From the IMG/VR virus record IMGVR_UViG_3300008113_000068: a DNA stretch of 64,000 bases; one strand, written 5' to 3'. Position 1 is the first letter of the stretch. Each line of letters starts with the position of its first letter. The position numbers were made by a program, and so were the translations under genes. The notes below the pieces were generated by a model. That model was not told the DNA's origin. It was given only the letters and a program-made list of their open reading frames with translations, and ran no database searches. Source of the DNA: an uncultured virus (IMG/VR IMGVR_UViG_3300008113_000068). Taxonomy: Duplodnaviria; Heunggongvirae; Uroviricota; Caudoviricetes. Positions 20,312-29,609 of this stretch are shown here, one piece after another.

Positions 20312-20806
20312 TTATATTCTGTATTTAACTTTGTTGTTCATTAAAATTGTGTTTATTTTCTTAACTTCTGTTGAATCCATTTCACTTCGTATGAATTGAG
20401 TTAACGTCTTTTTACGACCAATTCCCCATTCATAAACTGTTCGTGTAGGTTTTCCCCATGCTTTTAACAATGCTAAATAATCTGCATTATTTTTAATTTT
20501 TCTAAATACAGAGTAAATTGCCTCTTCATCTGTACCAACATCATAACCTGCTTCTTGAATATTGTTAGCAAAAGTTGCATATTGTGAAGCACCATAAGTT
20601 AAAGGTGTTTTCTTAATTTCTGTTTCAAGTTCATCTTTAATTTGTTTATCTTCTGTTGCATCACGTAAAGGTTCTTCACCTAATTTCTGTGTCACTTTGT
20701 AAATAATATAACCAAGACCAGCAAGAATACCTACTGAAATAACTCCTTTTGCCCAAGGTGGTAAACCTTGAAATGATTGTTGTGCGAATTTTGTATTTAC
20801 TGCCAT
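20312..20806 (-). CDS. TM-anchored annexin-like domain protein
   Basis: GxxxGTDEEAIYSVF resembles the annexin GxGTDE motif. Confidence 0.55.
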   Translation of the reverse strand: MAVNTKFAQQSFQGLPPWAKGVISVGILAGLGYIIYKVTQKLGEEPLRDATEDKQIKDELETEIKKTPLTYGASQYATFANNIQEAGYDVGTDEEAIYSVFRKIKNNADYLALLKAWGKPTRTVYEWGIGRKKTLTQFIRSEMDSTEVKKINTILMNNKVKYRI

Positions 20807-20826
20807 TTTATTTTGTTTTTAATTAA

Positions 20827-21891
20827 TTATACTACCCAAGCGCTTAATCCATCTAAATTGACTACAAAACCTCCTATATCAGTTTCTTCAGCAGGGTCAC
20901 AGTCAAATAAAAATTGATTAGTATTATAAGGTATTGTCCATTGACGAGTATAATTTACATTACTAATTGAACTTTGTGTATATCCACCAGTTGAATTATC
21001 CCAACCAACTACATATTGACCTGCTTTTACTCTTGATATTAATTGTCTAGCACCACCTGAGCCAATACCTATTACAGAATTTGGAATATAAGGTGAAGAT
21101 TCAACATCTTTATATGTTTGCAACAAAAGTTGGTTTGTATCGGTTAAAACAACATTAAGAGGTGCAGATAAAGCAACTCCTGCGTTTGCATCTCTTGTTT
21201 TAACAACTCTACTGCATATTTGAAATCCAGTATTATATGTTTTATCAATATTAATATTGTAGATGCTAGGAAAAATATCATTTCCTAAATTGAAAGCTAA
21301 TGAACCATTTGAATTTAATAAACAACCTCCTGTTCCTTGATAAACATACGCATACGGATCTAGTGTGTAGAAAGCACCAATACCAGATTCAGTCATAGGA
21401 ATTAATGTTGTTCCACTTAAAGTTGCTGATAAAGGTACAATTGCGTTTCCTCTAAAGAAAACTTGTTTACCATATAATCTAAATTGTGGTTTACGAGGTT
21501 CAGCGCTAGAAATCCAACTAAATCCTAATAAATCAACCCAACCTGAATCTGATAAATTAATTGCTAATGGTTCACAAACAAAAGTTGTGTTTCCACTAAT
21601 TCGAACAATGCAACTACCACCATTTACATTTAATATAACACTTGATTGAGCGTTAATTGTTTGCCCAGTTCCTGCGTTGATTGTAATATTATTGGTAGCT
21701 GCGTTATTGGAATTATCAACTACATATAATTTCCATGTAGTCATCCAGTAATCATTTGGAATATCTAAAAGGTTAATTGTAACTGGACCCGCACTTGTGT
21801 TACAATACAAAACGACATCATTATTCGTTAACACAGGAGTTCCGGTGACAATTCTTGATGGGTTTTGATACTGTTGTGCGTACATGCTCAT
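20827..21891 (-). CDS. Beta-rich structural protein (spike or penton candidate)
   Basis: CNTSAGPVTINL..IP...VVD.SNNAATNNITI and DSGWVDL motifs, typical of phage spike or fibre bases. Confidence 0.6.
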   Translation of the reverse strand: MSMYAQQYQNPSRIVTGTPVLTNNDVVLYCNTSAGPVTINLLDIPNDYWMTTWKLYVVDNSNNAATNNITINAGTGQTINAQSSVILNVNGGSCIVRISGNTTFVCEPLAINLSDSGWVDLLGFSWISSAEPRKPQFRLYGKQVFFRGNAIVPLSATLSGTTLIPMTESGIGAFYTLDPYAYVYQGTGGCLLNSNGSLAFNLGNDIFPSIYNINIDKTYNTGFQICSRVVKTRDANAGVALSAPLNVVLTDTNQLLLQTYKDVESSPYIPNSVIGIGSGGARQLISRVKAGQYVVGWDNSTGGYTQSSISNVNYTRQWTIPYNTNQFLFDCDPAEETDIGGFVVNLDGLSAWVV

Positions 21892-21893
21892 AA

Positions 21894-22970
21894 TTACAAT
21901 AATCTTTTACTTTCGCGTGCTTCTTCGTAGAAGACACCTTTAATTTGTACTTGTTCGTAAAAATATACCATAGTCACTCTCATTCCTGCAAAAATGGTGT
22001 AATTAATCACATCCATTCCATCTGGGATAAAAGGTCTATTCAAACTATCCTGTAAATCAAATGCAATCACATAGTTAAATGTTTGCATATTATCAATTTT
22101 CAATGATAAGTTTACCGGGTCAATTTTCTTATAACCTTGCATATTCTTATTAATGAACTTCATTGCCAATGCTTGTTGTTTTATCAATTGTGCAGAAGGA
22201 CCATCGAATGTAAAATAAGCACTGTGTATAATTGGTGGGTTTGCGAGTAAGTTAAATAATATATCACTATACTGCGCATTTCCACCAGCTACGGTTACTC
22301 TGTTGTTCAAATTTTGTGAAGTTGAGTAAAGGTAATCCAATGGCATAGAAGGGTCAAAAAGGTTCAAATTGAAATCAATATCTGTTTCGTTATTAATTTC
22401 TAAAATCAACTCTTTTAGTTTCTTTCCATTTTTGTAACCAACTTGTTTTATCTTTTCATCACGTTTGTCTTGCGATAAAATGAATTTTGAAACACCTTCA
22501 ACAATAACCTCTCTATCTCGTGGTACAATAACCTTTGAAATGAGTTTTTGATTTCTGCCTTTAATTGTTGCGTTTCTTTCAACAGGAACGTCTTTAATGA
22601 CTTTTCTGCGTGTGAAACGTTTAGTTACATTACTCCTACTTAAAACTTCATTAGATGCGCTCTTTTGCACATCTCTTGTTCTTTTGACTGCTTTGACTAC
22701 TTGTGGACGTTTGAATCTCCTCCTTGCAGTACCTTCAACAATCACACTTCTATTCTGAGGTACAATTACCTTTTGAATTTTCGTATTTACTTTTGTGAAA
22801 TTTGTTTTAAAATTTTCACCATCCAATGAACTAAAATCTATATCCTCAACCGATTCATCGAAATCATCAAAGTTATCACTATCTTCATAAGAAGATTCAG
22901 AACCAGATCCATACAGGAATTGATTCAAGCGACCTTTTAAATCATACTCATCAATATCAAATAATTCCAT
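21894..22970 (-). CDS. Capsid-protein paralog: acidic leader, basic region, C-terminal jelly-roll-like domain
   Basis: C-terminal ~165 aa align by eye with 28896..29609; internal repeat KVIVPxxRxVIVEG occurs twice. Confidence 0.6.
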   Translation of the reverse strand: MELFDIDEYDLKGRLNQFLYGSGSESSYEDSDNFDDFDESVEDIDFSSLDGENFKTNFTKVNTKIQKVIVPQNRSVIVEGTARRRFKRPQVVKAVKRTRDVQKSASNEVLSRSNVTKRFTRRKVIKDVPVERNATIKGRNQKLISKVIVPRDREVIVEGVSKFILSQDKRDEKIKQVGYKNGKKLKELILEINNETDIDFNLNLFDPSMPLDYLYSTSQNLNNRVTVAGGNAQYSDILFNLLANPPIIHSAYFTFDGPSAQLIKQQALAMKFINKNMQGYKKIDPVNLSLKIDNMQTFNYVIAFDLQDSLNRPFIPDGMDVINYTIFAGMRVTMVYFYEQVQIKGVFYEEARESKRLL

Positions 22971-22981
22971 TTATTTCCTTT

Positions 22982-23770
22982 TTAGTTGCGTTTCGCGAAC
23001 TCTTGATTCTCAAATTTCTGAATGTAATCCATAATCTTACGCATACGTTCAATGTTTCCTTTAGTTTGAGCTTTAAGGAACACGTTTGCAAAGACACAAA
23101 TAGCATCAATTTTTGAGAAACCTAATCCAAGGTAAATATACAAAGCATTTATGTCAGCACCAATTTCATCATTAATTTCTAAACCAATTTTAGGGTTCTT
23201 ATATTTATGAGAAAACTCATGCAATAATATAATTAAACGCATTGGAATTGTGTATTTATCAAACTTAACTTTCGCTGTTTCGATAATACCACTCTTATGT
23301 CCAATACGCGCAGGTGTGTTCATCACTTGACCTGATTTCTGGTCAGTAATTACGTTAAAGTATTTAATTGTAAATAACTTATCTTGCGTTGTCCAAACAC
23401 GTCCACTATCAGCTGCTTTAGTAAAACCACTAACTTGACTGAAAGGAATGGCTAAGGAAAGAAAATCACGTGTGTCTGAATCTAACCAAACGTTGTATGT
23501 GATTAAGTCACTTTCTTTTAATTCAACCTTAAAATCATTATCACCTGGATTATCTGCGTTTAAACAACCAATGAATAATTTTTGTGGTGAAACAGGAAAA
23601 TTGAAATGAATAGTACGTGTGCCTTTCACAACAATTTCTCTATCTGCGTATTTTGAATTTGGTTTTTGAAATTCCTCAGCCCAAACACGAAACTTTTTCT
23701 CGCCTGAACAAGTAATAGTTATGTATAAACTAAACTTATTATTTGAAGAATTATATTCTTTACCAAACAT
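22982..23770 (-). CDS. Zn metalloprotease (HExxH...ExxAD); candidate virion maturation protease
   Basis: ILLHEFSH...DEIGAD, in the middle of the structural block. Confidence 0.7.
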   Translation of the reverse strand: MFGKEYNSSNNKFSLYITITCSGEKKFRVWAEEFQKPNSKYADREIVVKGTRTIHFNFPVSPQKLFIGCLNADNPGDNDFKVELKESDLITYNVWLDSDTRDFLSLAIPFSQVSGFTKAADSGRVWTTQDKLFTIKYFNVITDQKSGQVMNTPARIGHKSGIIETAKVKFDKYTIPMRLIILLHEFSHKYKNPKIGLEINDEIGADINALYIYLGLGFSKIDAICVFANVFLKAQTKGNIERMRKIMDYIQKFENQEFAKRN

Positions 23771-23775
23771 ACTGC

Positions 23776-24507
23776 TTAGTTCTTTTTAACAACAGAATAA
23801 ATAATCAAACCTAAAACTGCAACACCACCTACAATTAAAATAGTTTTTGTTGTTTTTGACATTGGTTTCGCATCATCTGCTGGAGGTGTTACTGGTGGAG
23901 CTGTATCCGTTGTTGGAACTGTACCACCTAATTTATCTACAATGTATGATGTTCCTGATGTTAATATAATTTGACCATTTTCTGATTTTCTAAACTTTTC
24001 AAATCCACCTTTCAAAGAATTCCAAAATTGACCTTCTTTTTTCGCTTTATCAGCTTGTTGTTTTGCTGTCGGTCCTCCAGGAATGTTTTGCAAATTCGCA
24101 AGATATTGTGAAGGAGGAATAGAAATTGTTCCCGTTGGCAAACCTGCTTTCAATGGATTTGTTTTACCTAATGGATTACCATCAGCGTTTTCAAATACAT
24201 CACCATAACTTGTGAACTCACCAAAATCAAACGAACCATCAGAATAGTTTCTTCCTGAATACAAATACTGGTCCATTGGTGTTAATACTTCACCATTTGA
24301 ATCAATTTCATTAAGATACATAAATTCATTTTTTGTTATCTCTTTGTCATTATCAAAAACAGGATTTGTTCCTTTAATAACGAAATCACCTACTGCAACT
24401 TGTTGTATTGCTCCCGGTAAGTCAAATTTAGGGTCATTTAATTTGTAATCATTAACGTCTGGTTGCGCTGGATTAACTAAAACTGGATATTTTGTTACTA
24501 TGTTCAT
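23776..24507 (-). CDS. Virion membrane protein with C-terminal TM
   Basis: FENADG; PMSKTTK followed by TM and KKN. Confidence 0.7.
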   Translation of the reverse strand: MNIVTKYPVLVNPAQPDVNDYKLNDPKFDLPGAIQQVAVGDFVIKGTNPVFDNDKEITKNEFMYLNEIDSNGEVLTPMDQYLYSGRNYSDGSFDFGEFTSYGDVFENADGNPLGKTNPLKAGLPTGTISIPPSQYLANLQNIPGGPTAKQQADKAKKEGQFWNSLKGGFEKFRKSENGQIILTSGTSYIVDKLGGTVPTTDTAPPVTPPADDAKPMSKTTKTILIVGGVAVLGLIIYSVVKKN

Positions 24508-24517
24508 CTTTCTAATT

Positions 24518-25042
24518 TTAAATAAATTCTTGTTTGTTAACTATTTGAACTTTTGGTTTACCATTTGATGTGCGATACACAATATATGCAGCAGCAACCG
24601 CTCCTGCTAATGCACCATACATTTTATATTTTTTGTCAGGTTCTGGAATCCAACCTTGTTTCTCTGCAACCACAACACCAACAACACCAACTAATGCACC
24701 AAGTAACATAGCATCAATGTAACGTACTTTTGGATTTGTAGGAACTGAAACTTTTTTCGTTTCACCTGTTGTAGACCCACTAAATGCACTCATTTCATTT
24801 GCGCGTGTTTCTGCACCTACCTGTTTTGTTACAATTTCTTTGACTGTATCAAGACCTACAATTGCATTGTTTTCAGCTAAAATAAATGCAGGTTTGTTGT
24901 TTGCATGTTTTAACTCACCACGAAATTGTTGACCTTTTCTAAACGTTTTAAACTTTACTTGTTGTGGGTTATGAGGCATTCCTGTAACCTCAACGTAAGG
25001 AGCTTTAAAATCGTGTGTTGATATATATGTTTTCTGTGCCAT
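24518..25042 (-). CDS. Membrane protein with 2 C-terminal TM
   Basis: Small N-terminal domain, MSAFSG, then two helices. Confidence 0.7.
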   Translation of the reverse strand: MAQKTYISTHDFKAPYVEVTGMPHNPQQVKFKTFRKGQQFRGELKHANNKPAFILAENNAIVGLDTVKEIVTKQVGAETRANEMSAFSGSTTGETKKVSVPTNPKVRYIDAMLLGALVGVVGVVVAEKQGWIPEPDKKYKMYGALAGAVAAAYIVYRTSNGKPKVQIVNKQEFI

Positions 25043-25043
25043 A

Positions 25044-25148
25044 TTATTTAATTAATCGTGGTTTTTTTGCGTCTTTTGCTTTCTTGTATTCATTATAAAT
25101 GATTACTCCTAATCCTGCAACTGCTAAAATTGATAATATCTTTTTCAT
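25044..25148 (-). CDS. 34-aa TM microprotein (not in ORF track)
   Basis: MKKILSILAVAGLGVIIYNEYKKAKDAKKPRLIK; ATGA overlap with the upstream gene. Confidence 0.65.
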   Translation of the reverse strand: MKKILSILAVAGLGVIIYNEYKKAKDAKKPRLIK

Positions 25149-25543
25149 TTTTTAGATGATTTATAAATTACAAATCCAATAATTCCTAATACAACAACTC
25201 CACCTGCAATTAAACCTATTTTCATGCCTTTTGACATTGGTTGTTTTGTATCTGTTGTAGGCGTTGTATCAGTTATGGTAGTTGTAGGTTGAGTATTAAC
25301 ACTACCACCTAAATCAACACATTTTTGCCATTCTACACGTGCTTTTTTACTTAATGGTTTTTTACCACAACGTTGTTCAGCATCTGTGTAACTTCTTTGT
25401 TTACCTGCTAACGTAGAACCAATTCCGGTTAAAACATCCGCGCCTGCTTTTAATGCATCCGGATTCATTTGTTTTCTTTCTTTTGCTGGTTTATCACCTT
25501 CTGCGTTTGAAAAAATAACTGGTTTGTCTGTTATGATATTCAT
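25145..25543 (-). CDS. Virion membrane protein with C-terminal TM
   Basis: FSNAEG at residues 11-16; PMSKGMK followed by TM. Confidence 0.7.
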   Translation of the reverse strand: MNIITDKPVIFSNAEGDKPAKERKQMNPDALKAGADVLTGIGSTLAGKQRSYTDAEQRCGKKPLSKKARVEWQKCVDLGGSVNTQPTTTITDTTPTTDTKQPMSKGMKIGLIAGGVVVLGIIGFVIYKSSKK

Positions 25544-25544
25544 T

Positions 25545-26210
25545 TTATTTCTTTTTTCGAATTTGATAAACTGTTACCCCTAATACGATTAATCCTAACA
25601 ATGAACCTCCAATTAGATAAACCAATTTTTTAGTTTTCGTTTTGTTTTCTTCGTCTTTTTGTTTTGCTGCTAAATTTGCTTGTTTAGCTTGTAAAGCAGA
25701 TGCAATCATTGCTTGTTTCGCTTCTTGTTGTTTTTGTGCAATTTCTAAACCACCATACTTTTTTTTGTTCTTGCTTTCTTGAACATTAGAGCCTAATTTT
25801 AAACCTTGTCCAACTGTTTCTGCAATAGCCGTTATTGGATCTACTGCATTAGAATAATTTTCATCAACAAAATATGTTCTCATAACGTGGTATCCATTTT
25901 TAACGTTTTCATCTGATAATTTTGCATCACCATCAAAATTTACTTCTTTGTTTTGCATATTTACCAAAAGTGATGCTCCAACCATTAAGTTTTTGTTATA
26001 AGGAACATTAGTGACAAATCTGTCAATCAATTCCAAATCACTATCACTCATTTCGCCCGGTACACCAGATTCATTTAACAAATGCACAAAATCCTTTTTT
26101 CTACGAATCAATGTTGCGCCTAATTCATGCATTAAGACTTCATTTGCCGAAGTATAATCACCTTTGTTAAGGCATATATTGAAATCATCGCAAAAATCAG
26201 TATAAAGCAT
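25545..26210 (-). CDS. Virion membrane protein with C-terminal TM
   Basis: VNFDG and YSNAVD; coiled coil, then TM and RKKK. Confidence 0.7.
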   Translation of the reverse strand: MLYTDFCDDFNICLNKGDYTSANEVLMHELGATLIRRKKDFVHLLNESGVPGEMSDSDLELIDRFVTNVPYNKNLMVGASLLVNMQNKEVNFDGDAKLSDENVKNGYHVMRTYFVDENYSNAVDPITAIAETVGQGLKLGSNVQESKNKKKYGGLEIAQKQQEAKQAMIASALQAKQANLAAKQKDEENKTKTKKLVYLIGGSLLGLIVLGVTVYQIRKKK

Positions 26211-26215
26211 TTATT

Positions 26216-26323
26216 TTATTTTTTTGAATGTTTAAGTTTAATAAAGAACATTGCTAAATATCCAATAGCAAAACTTGCGTAAATTGCTAATAATACTTTA
26301 TCTTCTTGTTTAACTTTAGACAT
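26216..26323 (-). CDS. 35-aa TM microprotein (not in ORF track)
   Basis: MSKVKQEDKVLLAIYASFAIGYLAMFFIKLKHSKK fills the gap. Confidence 0.6.
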   Translation of the reverse strand: MSKVKQEDKVLLAIYASFAIGYLAMFFIKLKHSKK

Positions 26324-26325
26324 AA

Positions 26326-27690
26326 TTACATTTTAATCCATTTGTATTGTTTGTTCAATGCAATGAAACCAACCGTAAGTAAAACACCAACTGCAATACT
26401 ACCTAAATCAATTCCTTTTGTAAATGAACCATCAGCGCCTAAATATACTTCTCTAATTGCTGGTGCATCGTAATCCAAAACATTGTCTAACGCGTTAATT
26501 CCTGTTCCTGTTGCATTTGATGTGCTTTCAGAAGGAACTACAATACGATTTTTTTCAATAACTGGATTCAAATCTGCATTTACAGCAGTTACATCACCTG
26601 CATATCCTCTACCTCTACTTGGTCGAACACATTTTGCTTTTGCTCTTTTACGTGCCATCATAACTTCTCTTTTACGAGCTGTTATTACCTCAGGTGAACC
26701 ATCAGCATTTGAATAATTACCACATGCGTTAGCATAATCAACTAATTCACCATTCAAATCCTTCAAACGTTTTGCACGAATTAAAATAGTTTTTGAAATT
26801 TCTTGTGGATTACCTGTTGCATTTTGACGTTGTAATTTCAATGCTTCGATTAATTTCTCGTTCCAAACTGTTTTATCAGCTAAATCTTGAACTGTTGGGT
26901 TTACAACGATGTCGTTAACGTCTTGCATTTCGTTATATCTATCTTCTGCACCCATTACACCATCAAAATTTTCACCTTCATATTCATCAACGTAAACTTC
27001 CTCTGAATCATAATCTTCTATTGCATCCTGATAACCTTGTTCGTATGCATCGTCTAATTCTGGTTCTGAACCATAAATGTCTTGTGAATCATCTTCTGAC
27101 CCATATTCAGGTCCATCGTATTGTGTTTCATCACCGTAATAACTTCCTTGACCTGTTTGACCTCCTGAAATTCCACCATCATTATAACCTTGACCACCAT
27201 CATCATAACTAGCACCATCTTGATATTCTGCTGGTTTTGCTTGTGGTTCAATTGGTAAATCACCCATTTCACCTGGGACTGTTTGGTCTAAACCAGAATC
27301 AGAAGGGTTACGTAAACCTCTTTTATATGCACGTGTGTCTGCTCTTTGCATTCTACGTCCTGTTCGAGATTCAGTACCCATTTCACGTTTTGTTAAACGT
27401 TTATCTTTTCTTGCAGTTTGTAATTGCGTTCTACCTTCAATTCTACCTGCTTGAATTTGTTGTCTTCCTGCAACTCTTTCTGCTCTTGTTTCTTGTCTAG
27501 CTTCACGTCTTGCTCCTTTTACTTCTTGACGGTTAGAAATACGTTCTAATTTGCGTTGTTTACGTTTTGCACGTCCAGTCCCATCAGCATACGAATAACC
27601 TCCTACACCATATCCGAAAGCATCTTCAAAAGAAACTGCTTCTGTTCCATTAGAAACTGGTCCTAATTTTACAATTCTTAATTCTCCCAT
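26326..27690 (-). CDS. Charge-segregated virion precursor protein (Arg-rich, acidic, coiled coil, C-terminal TM)
   Basis: YSYADG, YANACG, YSNADG, SNATG and LGADG motifs. Confidence 0.7.
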   Translation of the reverse strand: MGELRIVKLGPVSNGTEAVSFEDAFGYGVGGYSYADGTGRAKRKQRKLERISNRQEVKGARREARQETRAERVAGRQQIQAGRIEGRTQLQTARKDKRLTKREMGTESRTGRRMQRADTRAYKRGLRNPSDSGLDQTVPGEMGDLPIEPQAKPAEYQDGASYDDGGQGYNDGGISGGQTGQGSYYGDETQYDGPEYGSEDDSQDIYGSEPELDDAYEQGYQDAIEDYDSEEVYVDEYEGENFDGVMGAEDRYNEMQDVNDIVVNPTVQDLADKTVWNEKLIEALKLQRQNATGNPQEISKTILIRAKRLKDLNGELVDYANACGNYSNADGSPEVITARKREVMMARKRAKAKCVRPSRGRGYAGDVTAVNADLNPVIEKNRIVVPSESTSNATGTGINALDNVLDYDAPAIREVYLGADGSFTKGIDLGSIAVGVLLTVGFIALNKQYKWIKM

Positions 27691-27708
27691 TTTGAATTTC
27701 TTTATTTA

Positions 27709-28179
27709 TTAATTTCCTGCGACTACAGTACCTTTTCTGTTTCTGTCTACAACGTATGCTGATGCATACCCAATTAACGCACCTGCGAAAATGTACATAA
27801 CAGTTTTCTTTGTATCACATTTTTTGTACTTGCAATATGCAAATCCAGCTAATGCACCTAATACTAATCCTGTTGTTTTTACTTTATTGAATGTTTCAGC
27901 AGGAATCAAATTAACTACAGTTGAGCTTCTTTGGCTATCTGCTCCTAATGTTACTTCTGTTGTTTCCATGGGAGTTATGTTTTTTAAATAAATAATTTTA
28001 TTATCGTTAGTTACAAATAATCTATATGTGAAAGGTTCTCCTCTACGAAGTCCTTGTACGTTCTTTATTTCACCAGACAATACATTTTCTTTACCTATGA
28101 CTTCATTTGTTTCTGTGAAGTTTTTATGTTCGGTGTTCGGTATTAAAACTTTACTATCTTGGTTTACTAATACTTTCAT
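27709..28179 (-). CDS. Membrane protein with 2 C-terminal TM
   Basis: Architecture like 24518..25042; contains LGADS. Confidence 0.7.
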   Translation of the reverse strand: MKVLVNQDSKVLIPNTEHKNFTETNEVIGKENVLSGEIKNVQGLRRGEPFTYRLFVTNDNKIIYLKNITPMETTEVTLGADSQRSSTVVNLIPAETFNKVKTTGLVLGALAGFAYCKYKKCDTKKTVMYIFAGALIGYASAYVVDRNRKGTVVAGN

Positions 28180-28181
28180 AC

Positions 28182-28694
28182 TTATTGATTTTTTACAGCT
28201 TTTAATACAAATACATACGTTATTCCTAATAGTCCTAATAACATCATAGGCACAATTAATCCTTCAATTCCAATTTTTGTGGATGTAGGACCTTCTGCGT
28301 TTAAAAAGTTTTTATCTGTATATGGTTGATTTTGGCATTGAGGACACATGCAATCGCCTGTTGCATTAGATTTAACTTCCTCTACTAGTACCTGTTTTGA
28401 TGTTTCTTCAATAGCAGGCTTTACATTTTTAAGAATCCAATTCTTATGTGGATGAATATCAGCTAACTTTTTTTCAAGTTCAACCTTATCTTGTGTGTTG
28501 AAGTATAACTCAGCAAGTTTTAATTCAAGGTCTTTGTAGTTTTTAGCATCCGATTGACCGTATTCCTTTAATATCTTACGAGATGGACCCGTTGCTTCGT
28601 TAGCAAGAACAGTCATGAGTGTTATCTCTTGACCACCATTCCTAACTTTATTTTTATCCGAACTCATATTGTTATTATTTCGCTTTGTAAACAA
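28182..28694 (-). CDS. Virion membrane protein with C-terminal TM (start probably about 28667)
   Basis: SNATG, CxCxxC, FLNAEG and a TM. Confidence 0.7.
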   Translation of the reverse strand: MFTKRNNNNMSSDKNKVRNGGQEITLMTVLANEATGPSRKILKEYGQSDAKNYKDLELKLAELYFNTQDKVELEKKLADIHPHKNWILKNVKPAIEETSKQVLVEEVKSNATGDCMCPQCQNQPYTDKNFLNAEGPTSTKIGIEGLIVPMMLLGLLGITYVFVLKAVKNQ

Positions 28695-28803
28695 TCATTC
28701 CTGTTTTTGTCTTTGTTGCTACATACGTTTTACCATTATGCGTAAAAGACTTTGCACCTTCTTTACGTGCTTTGTTCATTTTTGTGAAATATTCGTTTGC
28801 CAT
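28675..28803 (-). CDS. 42-aa basic protein, possible DNA-binding core protein (not in ORF track)
   Basis: MANEYFTKMNKARKEGAKSFTHNGKTYVATKTKTGMIVYKAK. Confidence 0.6.
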   Translation of the reverse strand: MANEYFTKMNKARKEGAKSFTHNGKTYVATKTKTGMIVYKAK

Positions 28804-28836
28804 GGTTCTGTTTTTTTAGTGAATGTATTTGTTATT

Positions 28837-28873
28837 AAAAAAGGGCAGAGCAAATAATATTACCCTGCCCTTT
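28837..28873 (-). terminator. Intrinsic terminator after the capsid candidate
   Basis: AAAGGGCAG...CTGCCCTTT hairpin followed by a T-run on the minus strand. Confidence 0.75.
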
Positions 28874-28895
28874 AATATGTAGGTTGAATAGATGA

Positions 28896-29609
28896 CTATC
28901 CTGTAATTCCTTTAACCGCTTGAGCAGTTTGGATGATTACTGGAGCAACATTTTTACCTGACAAACGCGGAGCGCGAGCCATGTTCAATGAGCGACCACC
29001 GTTCAATGCAGCCTTAGATGACATAACCTCTACTGGGAACATAGAGATAACAAATACAGCTGAACCTGCTAAAGTGAAGGTGATGTATGTGTTACCATCT
29101 ACTGTAACTGGTTTAGTCACATCTAAGATGTCTGATTGTTGCTGGTAAGCATCACGAGCGATAGACAAGTTCAACGGAGTTGAATATTGTTTACCATTCG
29201 CATCAACGTGGTTCAACTGCAAAGTTTGTGATAACTGAGAAGCTGTCGTTGATTGAAAACGCCATTTACCAATCTTGAACGCTTTGTTGTTCGATTGTGT
29301 TAACAAACGACCGTAAGTACCACCTTGTAAGTTGGTAATTACTACTGCTGCAGGGTTACCGAAGTTAGTTGCAATACTATAGTCGTTGAATCCGAATAAT
29401 ACAGCTGTTACTGCTGCAGTTGTCGTGTTTTGGTACTGGATTACGTATGGGTCAGACACCATTGAAGATGCGTTTGGTCCTGAAGCGTAAGACATATCAT
29501 CATTATCGAAATAAGACATGTTTCCTTCGTATGAATCGTATGAGTCAAATCCGCTCATTCTCTCTGTTCCATTAATGTAACCGTGTAGTTCTTTTTCTAC
29601 TGAGTTCAT
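28896..29609 (-). CDS. Putative major capsid protein (single jelly-roll candidate)
   Basis: Soluble and beta-strand-rich. Many C-ending codons (TTC, AAC, TAC) in an AT-rich genome, its own terminator, first large gene of the virion block. Confidence 0.6.
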   Translation of the reverse strand: MNSVEKELHGYINGTERMSGFDSYDSYEGNMSYFDNDDMSYASGPNASSMVSDPYVIQYQNTTTAAVTAVLFGFNDYSIATNFGNPAAVVITNLQGGTYGRLLTQSNNKAFKIGKWRFQSTTASQLSQTLQLNHVDANGKQYSTPLNLSIARDAYQQQSDILDVTKPVTVDGNTYITFTLAGSAVFVISMFPVEVMSSKAALNGGRSLNMARAPRLSGKNVAPVIIQTAQAVKGITG

